64,000 bases of DNA, taken from NCBI RefSeq assembly GCF_964204645.1, contig NC_134031.1, positions 16,541,807 through 16,605,806 of the forward strand, written 5' to 3'. This stretch comes from Tubulanus polymorphus (Eukaryota > Animalia > Nemertea). The notes beneath the pieces were generated by a model. That model did no database searches. It saw only the letters and a program-made list of their open reading frames with translations, and was not told the DNA's origin. Shown one piece after another: positions 1 through 12,654 of this stretch (within the stretch, counting starts at the first letter, position 1; every line of letters starts with the position of its first letter). Made by a program: the position numbers and the translations under genes.

Positions 1-110
1 TACATATAATAAACATCGTATGATATATATAACATTGGTTAGGTAGTGTAGATATAATTGGATTGCTGAAAATCTGTGCTGCATTCATCGTGAATTATCG
101 ATATACTTAC

Positions 111-573
111 CTATCACTGTCACATATTTGGCTTGCGCTTTCTTGACGTACATGGATTCTAAAACGCCATACCATCCGTTTGGATAAACAGGGGGCACAT
201 CTCCTATCAGTTTCATTTTACGAGCCATATTCGCCGCATCTTTGCGGTTGACGTGTTGAGGCTGCGAGTAGTCGTCAACGCGGTATCCAAGATCTGTCAA
301 CAGTTTCACTCGGTTGGTAGGTTTCACGAACACGTAGTGCCAAGCGTAAACAAAAGCGAGGCATGCAACGAATGAAGCTACGAAGATAATCGGGTTCGGG
401 GTGTACCAATCAGCTAAAAAACGACGTCCCGCACTGGCACTTGTTTTCAACCAGAAATGTCCGACTTCGGCTAAGGGTACATCGAAAAGTCTTTCGGTGA
501 TGGCTGCGGATACTAAAGCAGCGAGTGAAAACACGAATATCCCCGAAAAGACCTTTTTCCGATACGACGACAT
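111..573 (-). CDS. nvd: Cholesterol 7-desaturase neverland/DAF-36 (Rieske oxygenase), first coding exon; gene continues off the left edge
   Basis: Hydrophobic N-terminal segments followed by GDVPPVYPNGWYGVLES, the motif that precedes the Rieske domain in Nvd/DAF-36; donor ATAG|gtaagt after 111. Rieske C-x-H motifs are not in the window. Confidence 0.82.
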
Positions 574-1818
574 GGCGATTGACTGCGTCTGTGTATGTTA
601 CAGAAGGCTGTAGCAACGCGCTGTTTATGCCGAGAGAAACCAATAGTCGACGCGACGCGACCCGATAGTAAATGTGATAAACACCACGCGTGCACACAGC
701 CTACAGCCTACGATAGATAATAATAAACGAGTGTTCGAGAAACGAGTTCGCGCTAGATCCAGGAAATAGCATCAAAAGTACCGCCGTCAATGTTATTTTA
801 AATAGAATAGCTTTTAGTTAAGGTGTGAATTTCTACGTAAGGTTCTATTCGAGACAAACAAATGAACGGAAATAATAATAAAACGCCTAGCACTTCTTCG
901 TTTAGTATATGCCACCCACATCGAGTAACTAAATTAATTTGATTATTCTCGGTAATAACATGTTCTTATGTCTCCAGTAGGCAAAGAAAGGTCTCCGTTT
1001 TTTCTGTTACAAGGGGTTTCAGGTGGTTATTCGGACGAGAAAAGCTTGAAAATGCAAAATTCGGGAAAAGGGAACATTATTTCGACGTGTCATAACTAAA
1101 CGTCACCTCCATGGTCAGACTGCGTCATCAAGCCTTTTGGACATCGGACGGTTCATGGACTTTTGTTAAGATAAGAACACTGTCGAAAATATACGGATCA
1201 ATTCCACCAGATCTAGCCGTTTTGAACCAGTTTAAAAGATTGAATTCAACACAAATGTCTTATGTTTCTTATTGGACTTATAGTGATGTTTCAAGAAGGA
1301 CTTCAAAATTCACATGAAAATTGAATAAAAGAGGATCAAGATTATTTTACGAATATGCCTTCTTGGAAGAGGCGCAGGGTGGGCCGGGATCCATTCAATG
1401 TCGCCGCATGGCTTCAGCGAGAGAAAAGTGTTCCCACGCAACCTTAGTCTAGCACCACCTCATCTTTTTTCCTAAACAAGGAAATAAAACTCTCTGAAGA
1501 ATTCTCTGAAGACTAGAATTTATAACAGGCAGACTACCAAGGTGGCCCGCCGACAATAATATGACGCTCAGCAGCCTTAGCGACGGATGTCGGTCTAGAA
1601 GCGAAGCCGGCGGCACAAATAAACTATCTATATGGCGCGGCTTCTGCGAAGGTGCTTGGAATCGGCTCCTCAGTGCTGTGCCGCCTTCGTCGGTATCTTC
1701 AAGTCATCGGTCTTCGAAGTGCAGGGATTTTCAAAGGCGGGTCCGCTTATCGACCCCCATGGCCACAACATAGTGTCGACATAGAACGATGACCACACTC
1801 AAACGTGGTGAACGGATA

Positions 1819-2142
1819 ATAAGATTAAATCCCAATATTTACAGATTAAAAGAATTTAAAAACCAGAATTTATTTATTAAATCTAAAATATATAAAAGAC
1901 ACGACGTGACGCACCTGACGATGATCTCTAGGGTGAGATCGTAACGTCGTGTCTTTAATATATTTTAGATTTAATAAATAAATTCTGGTCCCAGTTTCAC
2001 AAAAAGGATTAAGACCTAAATCGATTTAAAATAAACTGAATTAATGAAGAAATTAAATCGATTTAAGAGATAAACCTTTTTGTGAAACTGGGCCCTGGTT
2101 TTTAAATTCTTTTAATCTGTAAATAGTGGGATTTTATCTTAT
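1819..2142. mobile_element. Long AT-rich palindrome with a central degenerate hammerhead motif; Penelope-like pLTR remnant, interrupted by a MITE
   Basis: 1819-1906 is the reverse complement of 1944-1987 plus 2098-2142; centre has CTGACGA (1915-1921), stem gatctc/gagatc and GTAAC-GTC (1941-1948). Confidence 0.55.
1988..2094. mobile_element. Harbinger-like MITE nested in the palindrome
   Basis: TIRs G(T/G)CCCAGTTTCACAAAAAGG, CTG target-site duplication; removing it restores the arm of the outer palindrome. Confidence 0.8.
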
Positions 2143-3309
2143 AGTGTCGACAGTTTCCAATGCCTCTCTTGAATTGGGGAACCCTCAATCCTCACTCATA
2201 TATATATCGGCTTGTCAGAGTGGATGCGCAGGATGAAAACAAAGCTTGAAATTATGCCCACAGCGAAAATAAAACCATTTAAACTGTAACTTGTATTTCT
2301 TGATTTGAATTTTAATTCATGAATTGTCAGGAACGCTTTGCGAATGTTTGCATATTTTGATAAGCACCGACTATATATATTTATACAATATAACTGGGAA
2401 ACATTAAGAAACGAAAACAAAAATCAAACTACGATTTTTATACTAACAGTTTAAATATCCAGGCGAAATTGTCCGACCGATGAGTGTAGATATTTTGGTG
2501 ATCATAGTTTATTAAACTAGTTTTAGAATATTTTCTTGGAATGGACGCCTCGGGTTAGAGTAGATCATGACCGAGTGTCCCAAAATTGACTTCTCTCTTG
2601 ATCAATGAGTAAAATTGATACCGCATGACCTCCAAACGTAGAACGTAATCCATGATGTGTAAATCAGAGGCATGTACAATGATTACTTTACTCTACCTAT
2701 TCGCCACCTTTTGGATATTTAGCTTACTACTACTATTTTTTTCGGACTAAGTACACGCAATCAAAATGCAACAGAATAACTTTTGGGGAAAGGAAAAACA
2801 GCAAATTTCTACTCAAACAATAATCAAGACTCGGGTTAACAGATTTCATTAAATGTTTGCAAATCACTTCCAGGCCTTCCATCAGTATGGTTAAATGAAC
2901 AATCCAAAAGGGATAATCTTGGGAAACCAAGATCTGAACAAAAAACAAACAAACAAACAAACAAACCCTCAGAGATATTTGACCTTACTTGATCTAACAT
3001 ACAGCTTCTGAACACATGAGATTAAAACGTCGTTGTTGAAAAAACTATTGCACAATATAAACATATGAATTTGACAGAGATCTCGAATTTCAAAATCAGT
3101 AAATCACAAACAAAGATAAGCAAGCTACTCGTTAACACGGCCTAAATATCGATCTGCCGGCCCTGATTCCGCAGTTCACGGTTTAAGTTCAATAAATGAG
3201 GTAAAATATTCAGAAAAGAATGAACTATCAAATTCAACCTCGAAAAATGGAATCAGGTCCTGATTCAGAACTCAAGGGCAGGGAAGAACTTTTTCAAACA
3301 GAAAACTGC

Positions 3310-4065
3310 TCATTCAGAACAAACAAATTTTTTATGCAGCCCTAATGCTGATATATTTTGTTCGATATTTCGAATATCTTTCAATACATGTTTGGTATTC
3401 ACTCGATTGTCTCCAGACAAATCTCTTTGCGTCAGTAAAAAAGCGTTCATACCGACGTTCAACGCACCCAGATAATCTTTAACGATATGATCGCCTATAT
3501 GCAACGCTTCGTGCGCGGCTACGCCGACCTTGCTCAGAGCCATTCGAAAGATCTCCGGATCCGGTTTATAGCAGTTCGCCTGCGTCGAGATGATCACGAA
3601 ATCGAAATACCTCATCAGGTCCATCGTTTCGAAAATATCGAACAGCCGCTCGTCGAAATTAGAGATCACTCCGAATCGCAAATGTTTATAGTTACGTCGT
3701 AAATTGTCTAAAGTTTCGCGCGAATAAGGCAACAAATCCCAACAACACTCGTCCATATAACGTTGATACAGATAATCGGCGATGTCCTTCATTTTTTGTT
3801 CGTCGATGTCGACGCTCGCGTTTTTCAGCAGGCACGCGCTGACTACGTCCCGCCACCACTGTTTCGGGGTCATGCCTCGCCCGACGCCGAAATTCGGGTA
3901 GAGTTTCTCCTGCGTTAACCAAACGTCACGGAACGACGATCGCACGGCGTCCGCGGAGACTTGTATACCGAATAGTCTGGCGGCGTTCGAATAAATTCTG
4001 CCGACGTCGCGGAATTTCAGGATAGTGTTCGTGACGTCGAATGTGATCAGTTTCAGGTGATTCAT
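3310..4065 (-). CDS. HDHD3: HAD-like hydrolase domain-containing protein 3 (HDHD3/Reg-2-like), single coding exon
   Basis: HAD motif I LITFDVTNT, motif II GVISNFD, motif III KPDPEIF, motif IV HIGDHIVKDY; YPNFG cap motif. 5'UTR intron likely (acceptor ttcttacag at ~4074, donor aag|gtatgc after 5368). Confidence 0.9.
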   Translation of the reverse strand: MNHLKLITFDVTNTILKFRDVGRIYSNAARLFGIQVSADAVRSSFRDVWLTQEKLYPNFGVGRGMTPKQWWRDVVSACLLKNASVDIDEQKMKDIADYLYQRYMDECCWDLLPYSRETLDNLRRNYKHLRFGVISNFDERLFDIFETMDLMRYFDFVIISTQANCYKPDPEIFRMALSKVGVAAHEALHIGDHIVKDYLGALNVGMNAFLLTQRDLSGDNRVNTKHVLKDIRNIEQNISALGLHKKFVCSE

Positions 4066-4971
4066 CCTGATCCCTGTAAGAAAACATTGGTAGTAATTAC
4101 TTCCTTGAATATAATTTGTAAAACTGATAATCTAAAACTCTAAGGCCTAGTCTTTGTAATTACTTATTAAACAGGTCCTGAACTTTGCTTTCTTTAGGAG
4201 AAGAATCCAAGAAATATCAGTCATGAAAGTTTGAAATTCTAAAAGTAACAATGTCGTAACTTTCAATTGTTTTTTCACAACTGAATGATTTCCTTTCCCC
4301 GGGCTTCAGTAATTTAATTCCAGAACGAATATTTGAGACATTCTGCACTTTGCTCTAAAGATCTTTTTTAGAATTTGCTATCTCCAAATCAAGATCCAAA
4401 CCAATAAGTTCACAGGTGAAATTTTGGAACAGATTAGCAAATTAAATCAAGTCTTTTAGAACAGCAAAATCATTTACAAATAGTATCAAAACATAATTTC
4501 TTTCTAATTATGAGATCTGCATGCATGCATGTATCAATTTTTCTTCTTTTTTCCTCTTTCTTATTACTTTTCATGTAGGCCTAAAGTTTGTTTATTTTTG
4601 CAGTATGGTTGCAGGTATGAGCAGTGTGTGCGGTGTGCTACTACGTACTCAGGACCAGTATAAGCTTTATTCCTTGCACTAAATATTGTAACATCCATAA
4701 TATGTAAGTGTGTATGTATAAATGTATGTATGTATATGATGCATTGCAGGTCTGCTGAAACCTCTGCATAGTGCTATCAGTAACAAGCTAGTAACTTAAC
4801 ATTATATTGTGATATCTATGAAAGAAAATGTTCAGTAACATCTTTCATATCGTCCGTTAGCATCAAACAAATTATATCAGTATTTTTTGGGACAAAACAG
4901 TGACAAAATACTGAAAATCAGGAAAGTTTGGCAGTCTGGTAATTTCAATCTCTATCTTTCTGGTATAGGCA

Positions 4972-5092
4972 CAGGGGCTTGTCATAATTTGATGGAGAAT
5001 GGATGATACCATTATCCCTATATAAAAAAGAATCTTTTTTATATAGGGATACTGGTATCATCCATTCTCCATCCAAATTGTGACAAGCCCTG
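4972..5092. mobile_element. Near-perfect 120-bp hairpin MITE (CAGGG...CCCTG ends)
   Basis: Arms cagg(g)gcttgtca...gatggagaatggatgatacca...tccctatataaaaaaga are reverse-complementary across the whole element; no clear TSD. Confidence 0.7.
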
Positions 5093-5109
5093 ACGTGGGT
5101 TATGCCATA

Positions 5110-6157
5110 TAGTTACCTCATAGGTGGTAAGCTTTATGATCGGATGGGCTTATACAGTGTGGTTTGTGAAAATATCCGATCGTGAAACCAAATCACAGAC
5201 AGGTTACCAGGTAACTGATTATCTGTTGTCGACAAGTGTCAGTGACATTAAGTGACATAAATTTGGGATTTTGAAATTTTATAAAGCAATTTTTCATGCA
5301 AATAAATTTCATCCATTCATTCAAAAATACCATTAGAATGGTCAAGAACAAGAGATGGTAAGCATACCTTAGTTCAATAAAGCTCCTAGTCCTGGTAGGC
5401 CTACTGTAAATGCGCTGTAATAATGAATTATCGCGTAACTTTTTAAGCGGTTAACAGTTACGGAAACTTTCGGCAACGACCTTGGACCTCAGTCTTGCTT
5501 TAACCGGGGGATATCTGGGTTTTCCCAAGAATTCAATTCTTTTCCGGGTTCGAAGGTGTCAAGATGTTGAGGAATGCTGTGGCACTTGTAACAGGTAATT
5601 CAGTCAGGTATCTAGCCGTCGTTCCCCAAACAACACCGTAAGAACGTCGTACACACACTACAGGTAATTAACCATACTGTGGTGTTAAAAAATTACGTAA
5701 CGTTTACCGGTATATAACGCGTATATGCCACACACAGAAGACGCGTTGGAAGCAATTTTTGATTGCTGTGGCCAAATGCCGATTTTGGACAGGTTGTAAA
5801 CAGGTAAATATCGCCGCGGCGAATTTACTTAATTTCTTCAAAAACGTGGCATTCAAAGAAAAAATAGTCATTCAGTACAGACCTCCTTATAACCGAGGAG
5901 GACCCATTCAGTAAATTATTGCCGCGGCACTTCCAAAGCCACTGTGCCAGGCTATTTTTGTTACGTAAGAGGGTGTGCCAAAATTTGTTACAGCGGTTCA
6001 AATTGATTTCTAAATAATGAAACCGAAAGGAATCGATGTGTTGAATTGAAATCGGTATAGTAGGTAACCTGTGTGGTTTAGTTTCACAATCGGATATTTT
6101 CACAAGTTGGTATGCCCATCCGATTAAAAGCTTACCGCGGCAACGATTAGGTATCTA
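5110..6157. repeat. Pair of ~110-bp inverted repeat copies (5110-5222 and 6050-6157) flanking the HDHD3/HSD17B8 promoter
   Basis: ggtaagcttt..atcggatgggc..ttgtgaaaatatccgat.gtgaaac.aaa.cac..acaggttacc matches the reverse complement of 6063-6138. Confidence 0.75.
5368..5563. promoter_or_regulatory. Compact bidirectional promoter of HDHD3 (-) and HSD17B8 (+)
   Basis: Minus-strand donor at 5368 and plus-strand ATG at 5564 are under 200 bp apart; contains CCAAGGTCG (minus, 5477-5485) and ETS-like TTCCGG (5542). Confidence 0.6.
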
Positions 6158-8225
6158 ACTTAAATATTATTCACAAAGTTCACAAATTTAGTTTACAAAC
6201 AAGTAGGGAAACCAATGAACAACAATGGCTTGATGTTGAGACAGTGATAGAGGGGAACTAACTATGCAGGTCAGGGAGTGTAAAATACTGAGCTCTTATT
6301 GTTACCGGTATGTGTGATATTTCAGGTGGTGGAAGTGGAATAGGTCGCGCTACATGTCGTGCATTAGCGGCTGAAGGAGCAAATGTAGCTGTAGTGGATG
6401 TAAATGCAACTGCTGCTACGGAGACTATAGATCAAATAAAACATGGTAAGGCCACCCTATAAAAGATACTAGAACAACTGGTGCAGCCACACCTCTACGA
6501 CTGAAATGAAATTTATATGTGGAATATTTTTTCAGATGGAAATCATAAAAGTTTTGTAGCCGATGTTTCATCCTCGACAGCAGTGGAATCGCTCCTATCC
6601 GAGGTCCAATCACAACTCGGAGTTCCGAATATAGTCGTCAATTCGGCTGGTATCATTAGAGATGACTTCATGTTGCGTATGGATGAAAAATTGTTCGACC
6701 AAGTTATTGATGTCAATCTGAAGGTACCGTATTCAAATTGCATTCGAATTCATTAAATTTTGTGGTTTTACTTTTTCTAGTGTGCGGCGAATAATTGTTT
6801 TTTTTTCACCAGGGAGTGTACAGGGTGATGCAGGCATCGAGCAAACTGATGGTCGACAATAAAATCAAACACGGCTCAATTGTTAACCTTTCCAGCATCG
6901 TTGGCAAGGTACTGACAATCGCTATTGCACGAGTGCTTCGAATATATACTCCCTTACTTATGTCTTAAAATTTTCAGGTTGGCAACATCGGTCAGATCAA
7001 TTACGCAGCTTCTAAAGCTGGAGTAATTGGAATGACGAAAACAGCGGCGAAGGAGCTAGCAAGGTATATTTAATAGTTTCGATTAGGAAATGGATATTTT
7101 GCCGACTTGTCATTATATCCTAGTTAACGTCATATTAACCCTTTCAGTGCAGGCTAATTAATACCCTATAGTGCTGGATATAATTTGAAAATTCTGAAAA
7201 ATTCCATCCTAGTGTGTTGAATAATGGGAATAGCACTATAGTGCGTCTACACCCTGGTGCGGTATATCATTAGTTACTAATATTTCACTATGTTTGACAG
7301 GTGCTACCATCTTTCAAGAGAGATAATTAGTAATTACTAATTAAATCAATACACCGCAGTGCGGTGTACTAGCAAAATCCATCACTGATTCGTACACCGC
7401 ACTGCGGTGTAGACGCACTGAAAGGGTTAATGTAATAACTTGTTCCGATTGGCTTATTCACATCTTGATCCTTCATAACCGTATAGCGTACTTAAAATCC
7501 GACGAAATATTACATTGTATGGATTATGAAAAATAAATATACTATGTACTCTAACTAGCTCACATGTTCACCGAGTGACGTAACTTCAAAATTCTAGAAC
7601 AGGTTTAAGAAAATAGAGCGCTCTATAGTCTCTTGCTAAATCAGCGAGGCTTGTTGCAAAATGTTGACAAAAGTTTTAACTATATCGTCGACGCGATATC
7701 CACTTTCTTTAAATCGTGCTGATGTTCTGTTTTAGATACGGCATACGGTGTAATGCTGTTTTACCTGGTTTCATCGTCACTCCGATGATCGAGTCAATCC
7801 CTGATAAAGTAATCGAGAAAATGAAATTTATTATTCCTATGGGCCGAACGGGAAAACCAGAAGGTAAAAAGCGCATCTTTCGAAGTGAATTTTCTCAAGG
7901 TTTGTTTCTTAATCCGGAGTTCCGATCATCAAGGTGAATTATGTTATATTTAACAGAAGTGGCCGATACTATTGTGTTCTTGGCATCACAGAAAAGTAGC
8001 TATATAACTGGTGCTACCATAGAAGTTACAGGTATTTACATAGTTAAAACGAGGAATCGCTTGTTTTGGTTGATATTTAAACTCTGCTCAACTCACAGCA
8101 TTCACTACTTCAACAATTGTCGTACTGTTTTTGCTATTAAACAATAATTTCACAGTAAATATTCGTGCGTTGTAATGTATCTGATAGGTTAACTGTCTTT
8201 CTTTTCAGGTGGAGTCTTTATGTGA
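5564..8225 (+). CDS. HSD17B8: Estradiol 17-beta-dehydrogenase 8 / (3R)-3-hydroxyacyl-CoA dehydrogenase (SDR); exons 5564-5594, 6326-6445, 6536-6723, 6813-6908, 6978-7063, 7736-7863, 7957-8031, 8209-8225
   Basis: Spliced ORF with consistent phases: [17 protein letters not shown] (TGxxxGxG), [17 protein letters not shown], catalytic YAASK, C-terminus IEVTGGVFM* (human VEVTGGLFM); AATAAA at 8265. Confidence 0.93.
7139..7426. mobile_element. piggyBac-like MITE, copy 1 (HSD17B8 intron 5)
   Basis: TTAA|CCCTTTCAGTGC...GCACTGAAAGGG|TTAA; second copy at 27386-27669 in the opposite orientation. Confidence 0.88.
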
Positions 8226-8586
8226 ATCTTGTAAATCTGAACAAAACTGTCGCAAAACATTTCTAATAAACACTTTATACAGAAATCTAACATCGGTATT
8301 GAATGATATTAGGGAAGGAAAGCTTCCGACTACATCCAACATAGGAAACACAAAGACAATCCAGTTGCAACTGCAGCGGGGAATACCGCAGTAAATTTGC
8401 TGCGGAGAACCTGTCAAAAATCGGCAATTGGCCACGGTAATTAAAAATTGCTTCCAACGCGTGTGCTGACTGGATGCAGTCAATTTCACTTCGATGAAAA
8501 TATTTCAGATCCAAATTAAAGCAAAACATGGTTGCGTAAGATACAAAATCGAATCTTATATTTCACGAAATGCTATTCGAATGAGA

Positions 8587-11500
8587 TCATTTCTTTTTCG
8601 ATTTTTTCACTTGTTTTCTTCGTTTGAACTTGTTATTGTGTTCTTGAGCCTCGATGAATTTTCTTTTGTTAAACCTGTCGCGAATACAACAAAATACACG
8701 TGAGACACAAGATTTATCGATAGCAAAAAACCCATTAGTTATCCAGACATCGTCTAAAAATAATACTCATAATAATTCATTACTTAAAAGCAAGGACGGA
8801 TCCAGGTTACTGCTACTACCGCTTGAGCGGTACTCACGATTGTATAAGTACCGTTATATTTTTTTAAAGTTCTGGTTGAAGTTATTTAAAATGGCCAGTT
8901 GGAATAATTGAAAATGGGTAAACATCTTATTTTTTTATGAATTCTTTAATATGTCAAAATGTCATATTTGGTGGACGCAGAGGACTTGATTCCCCAAATT
9001 GAATCAGATAGCATCTCAGAGCCCCAAAAATTGAAAATTTTCTAATAGCATAGGTGCCCTTCCACAGAAGGGAAAAACCTAGGTTAGATCGCGCCTGCTT
9101 ATAAGCATTTTATATTTCAAAAATCTTGAAGCTCTTTACAAGATATAGAGATGAAAAGATCTACTAATCAATAAATACAAGTCTATTAACTGCTGCTCGA
9201 TTCGACGAAGGGATTCAATATTTCCGATTTCTGCGGATTGCTGACGCGCCACAGAACTCAGTGTCCCGTATTCAGTGGTTCTCGATGAAGCTAATTTCTG
9301 ATTGAGTAATTGTGTAAGATAGACTAAAGAAGTAGAAACTTACTTTCTGAATTCAGCGTCGGCCAACAATTCCTCAACGACGGTGGCTTTACGCTGTTTC
9401 TTAGGAATTCGGGCGTGATAGAAATCAGCAGCAGTCTCCACGACCTCGCCCATCTGAAAATGACAAAGACGACAAAACTTTCAAAATTTAAATTTCCAAA
9501 TCAACCGAACGATTTAATTGCGAAACAACCGATCGTCAAACGTCGAACCTGAAAGAACTTCGGCAAAGCTTTCGTGTCGTTATTTTTGTAAAATCGCTTC
9601 GGATTCAGGGATTTTCTCATTTTGACGACGTTCAAGTCGTCTCTCAATTCGTCGGTCATTTCCGGCGCTTTCATGTCGAACCATTTCGGCCCCATCGTCT
9701 TACTACGCTCCTCCTAAAAAGTCAACTGAGAATAAATTACAAATGCCGGTCGTACTCGTACTAAAATTCTCGTTTTAACTTGTGGTAAATAAATACCCTT
9801 CGTTCTTTTTTCAACTTTCGCACACTTTCCTGATACGGCGGTACTGTATCTAACTTATCGAATCCTGGTTTGATAATACTCTTCTTTAAAATCTACAAAA
9901 GAACTCATCGGAATGAAAAGTCGTGGTTCATAGCTTCCAATGACCGATCTAATTGTGACTTTTTCAGCCCAATTCTACGAGTTTCTAGTTAAACCCGATG
10001 ACTTGTCGACAAGTTTTCAAATTGGTCAGATCATCCTCGAAGTAACATTTCTAACGCTAATAAGGCGAGTGCTGAACGAAGAACACCAAAAAGGGCGGGT
10101 AGGGGGCTGTCGCAACAAAATTTTGAAAATTAAATATGTGGACAAACAGTTTTTGCATAGCTTTTAACACACTATTTGGGCATTTTCTAAATTCACCAAA
10201 AACTTATCATAAGCAGGCATTGGACCGACCAGACGTAACTTCAAGGGGGATCGAAAACATAGATAGATATTTTGCTAATTTTAGCGGTGAATTTAAAATT
10301 TTGATACAGGTTTCTACTTATTTACCTCATCATCGTTTGTACATTTTAACTTTGTGATATTGCGCGACTCCGCTGATCCGGATTCTATGTAGCTGCTCGC
10401 TTTGATGCGTGGCTGAAGCGAAGATGCTAATGTCCATCTAGAAAATGATAAAACAGTTAAAGTATATAGTAAAATGATACAACATACATTTCTTTAATAT
10501 CTGGGGCTGCAGTTGCTTAAAAGTTAGCCTAAGAGTTAGCCTAAGAGTTAGCCTAACCATTGGATAGTTGATGCAGTGAAAATTAAAAGTTCATTGTTAC
10601 TTTGCTATTCCACTGGTTATCTTTAAATATCTTTTGAGCAACTGGCCCCAGGACATTTAAATACGTTCTTAAGCCGCGATCACACGAGCATTTTTGGCCC
10701 GGGCCAAATATGGTCCGTGCCGAATTTGGCCCGGAACAACTGTTCACACGGGTGCCAAATAGGCCCGAGCCAATAACGTCGGACCAAGCCTTAGCCAAAT
10801 TTTAGCACCAGACAAATGATGCGTTTGAATTACAACTGACACCAGAAATGATCCACTTCGCTTTGTTTGAGCATTGTTCAGTATCGAGTGAATGGTTTGC
10901 GTGTGAACGCGCTCTCTAATTAGACACGGACCAAATTTGGAAACTAGAAACTAGTCATAATAACGTTTCATACAACTGAACCTTTCACAGACTAAGTTGA
11001 TAAAAAAGATTCGCTCCCTTCCAGGAATGTGGTGCCTAACTTACTTTGACGCTTGACTGGACTTTTTCGCTTTTTTCTTCTTCCGTTCTGAATTTTTCAC
11101 GTTTCCCTCCTCCGTAACCGTTTTCGAATGTGAATCCGTGAACGGCTGCAGATCATCTAGTAACGACGCGGCTCGATTCATTTCAGAATCTGATTCCGAT
11201 TCGTCTACGATCGAAGAATCGGACGATTCCTCCTCGTCGCTGGTGTAATGAATCGGGTTTTCGTTCGCGGCGGGAGTTTTATCGACGAAGAAACCCAAAT
11301 TGTCAATTTCATCGTCCTCTGCAACGCACTCCCGTTCAGCATCATCATCATCATCCGAGTCAACATCTCGAGGAGTATCATCTTGCGAATTTACAGGCTT
11401 TAAATGAGGCGCTACATCAATTACGTATTCCAACACTTCTAAATTCTCTGCCGGCCTGGAATTACTCGGTTTAGCGTCAAAAAAATATCCGAGATCATCC

Positions 11501-12018
11501 TGCCCCGCTTCTTCAGTAATATCCTTGAGTCCAGAAAGTTTTTTTTCATTAAATGCGACGACAGTATTCGAATCTAATTTCTGCTTCTCATCATGAAAAT
11601 TATCCTCATCATCTGAATCCCTTAAGGTTCCCTCGACAAGATCTTCAATCTCACGATCATCGACTGTTACATCACCGGTTTTACTGTTTGATTTACGGTT
11701 CACGTCCTTGTTTCTGGGGGTGCATGAGGCGACATCTTCTACGAGCGATTCGCGGAGTGGTGCGTTTGATTTTCTGTAAACAGGGGTTTTCGGCGAGGAA
11801 AGTGGAGTAAGACGAGACGAGGGAGAATTTTGGATTAATTCTAAATCCTCGTTAACTTTCTTTGTCGGGGTGGAATCCCGAGAATTGGCATTCTTTTTCG
11901 TAGAAGGGGTTTCAGGCTTCACTGCTGTCGCATTGGTTTGCACTTTCTTGGCTCTACTGGGCGTCAAAGACAGAGAAATGGCTTCGAATTTACCACATGA
12001 GCGGCGAGTGACCACCAT
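8587..12018 (-). CDS. DNTTIP2: Deoxynucleotidyltransferase terminal-interacting protein 2 (Fcf2 domain); exons 12018-11045, 10437-10326, 9892-9797, 9713-9549, 9453-9344, 8674-8587
   Basis: MVVTRR start, acidic low-complexity N-terminus, Fcf2 domain KWFDMKAPEMTDELRDDL..LNPKRFYK..PKFFQMGEVVETAADFYHARIPKKQRKATVVEELLAD, basic C-terminal tail; all splice phases consistent. Confidence 0.93.
8791..9097. mobile_element. Degenerate member of the CAGGGGCGGATCCAG MITE family
   Basis: Ends caaggacggatccagg / ctaggttagatcgcgcctg; flanks cttaaaag / cttataag. Confidence 0.5.
10504..10648. mobile_element. Harbinger-like MITE (GGGCCAGTTRCTCAAA family)
   Basis: Ends gggctgcagttgcttaaaa / ttttgagcaactggccc, CWG flanks, internal agttagcctaag x3; homologous to 30926-31054. 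Confidence 0.7.
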
Positions 12019-12654
12019 ATTGAAAACTGGGTATTTCCGGGTTAGTTAATCTATCTACCTCGTGGTGGCAGCACCTGCGGGTTCCATTTTCTATACCAAA
12101 CTACGGTGTGTATGGCTTATACTTTTATTCCAGGTTAGAGAAAAAGCATTTTCTCTAATCTGTCAGCCGCGCAATGTATCCTCATGTCATTAGTTAGCAA
12201 AATACAGAAACTCCAAATCCAGGTGACTACCATATGGTGCTGCCGCAAAGCCTACCCTGGTAAGCCGAAGAAGTGAAAATAACTGCAACTCAAGGTCGTT
12301 GGCCTGAATTTTGACAATAGACAAGATTTGATCACATCGATCCCTAATAATTGCTATATGCCTTGATTATTTCGCATTTTGGGGTGAAATTTGCTTGTTT
12401 CAAAACAAATGTAAAAAAGAAGTATTCAAGAGGGTACAACTAAAAGATTATTCTATTCAAAAGTCTTTGCACACATTATTTGCTGATCTGATTTCTCTAC
12501 TCTATCTTAGGAGTCAGTTAAAGTTAGTAAATCCTCCTCTCGACTGTTGTGTATTGAAAAGAATTATGTTGGCAACAGAATAGGCACTTGTTTATGTCTT
12601 TTTTTGTTTTGTAGAATTAATCAGAAATATATTAGAAATCGTGTGCGATAGATC

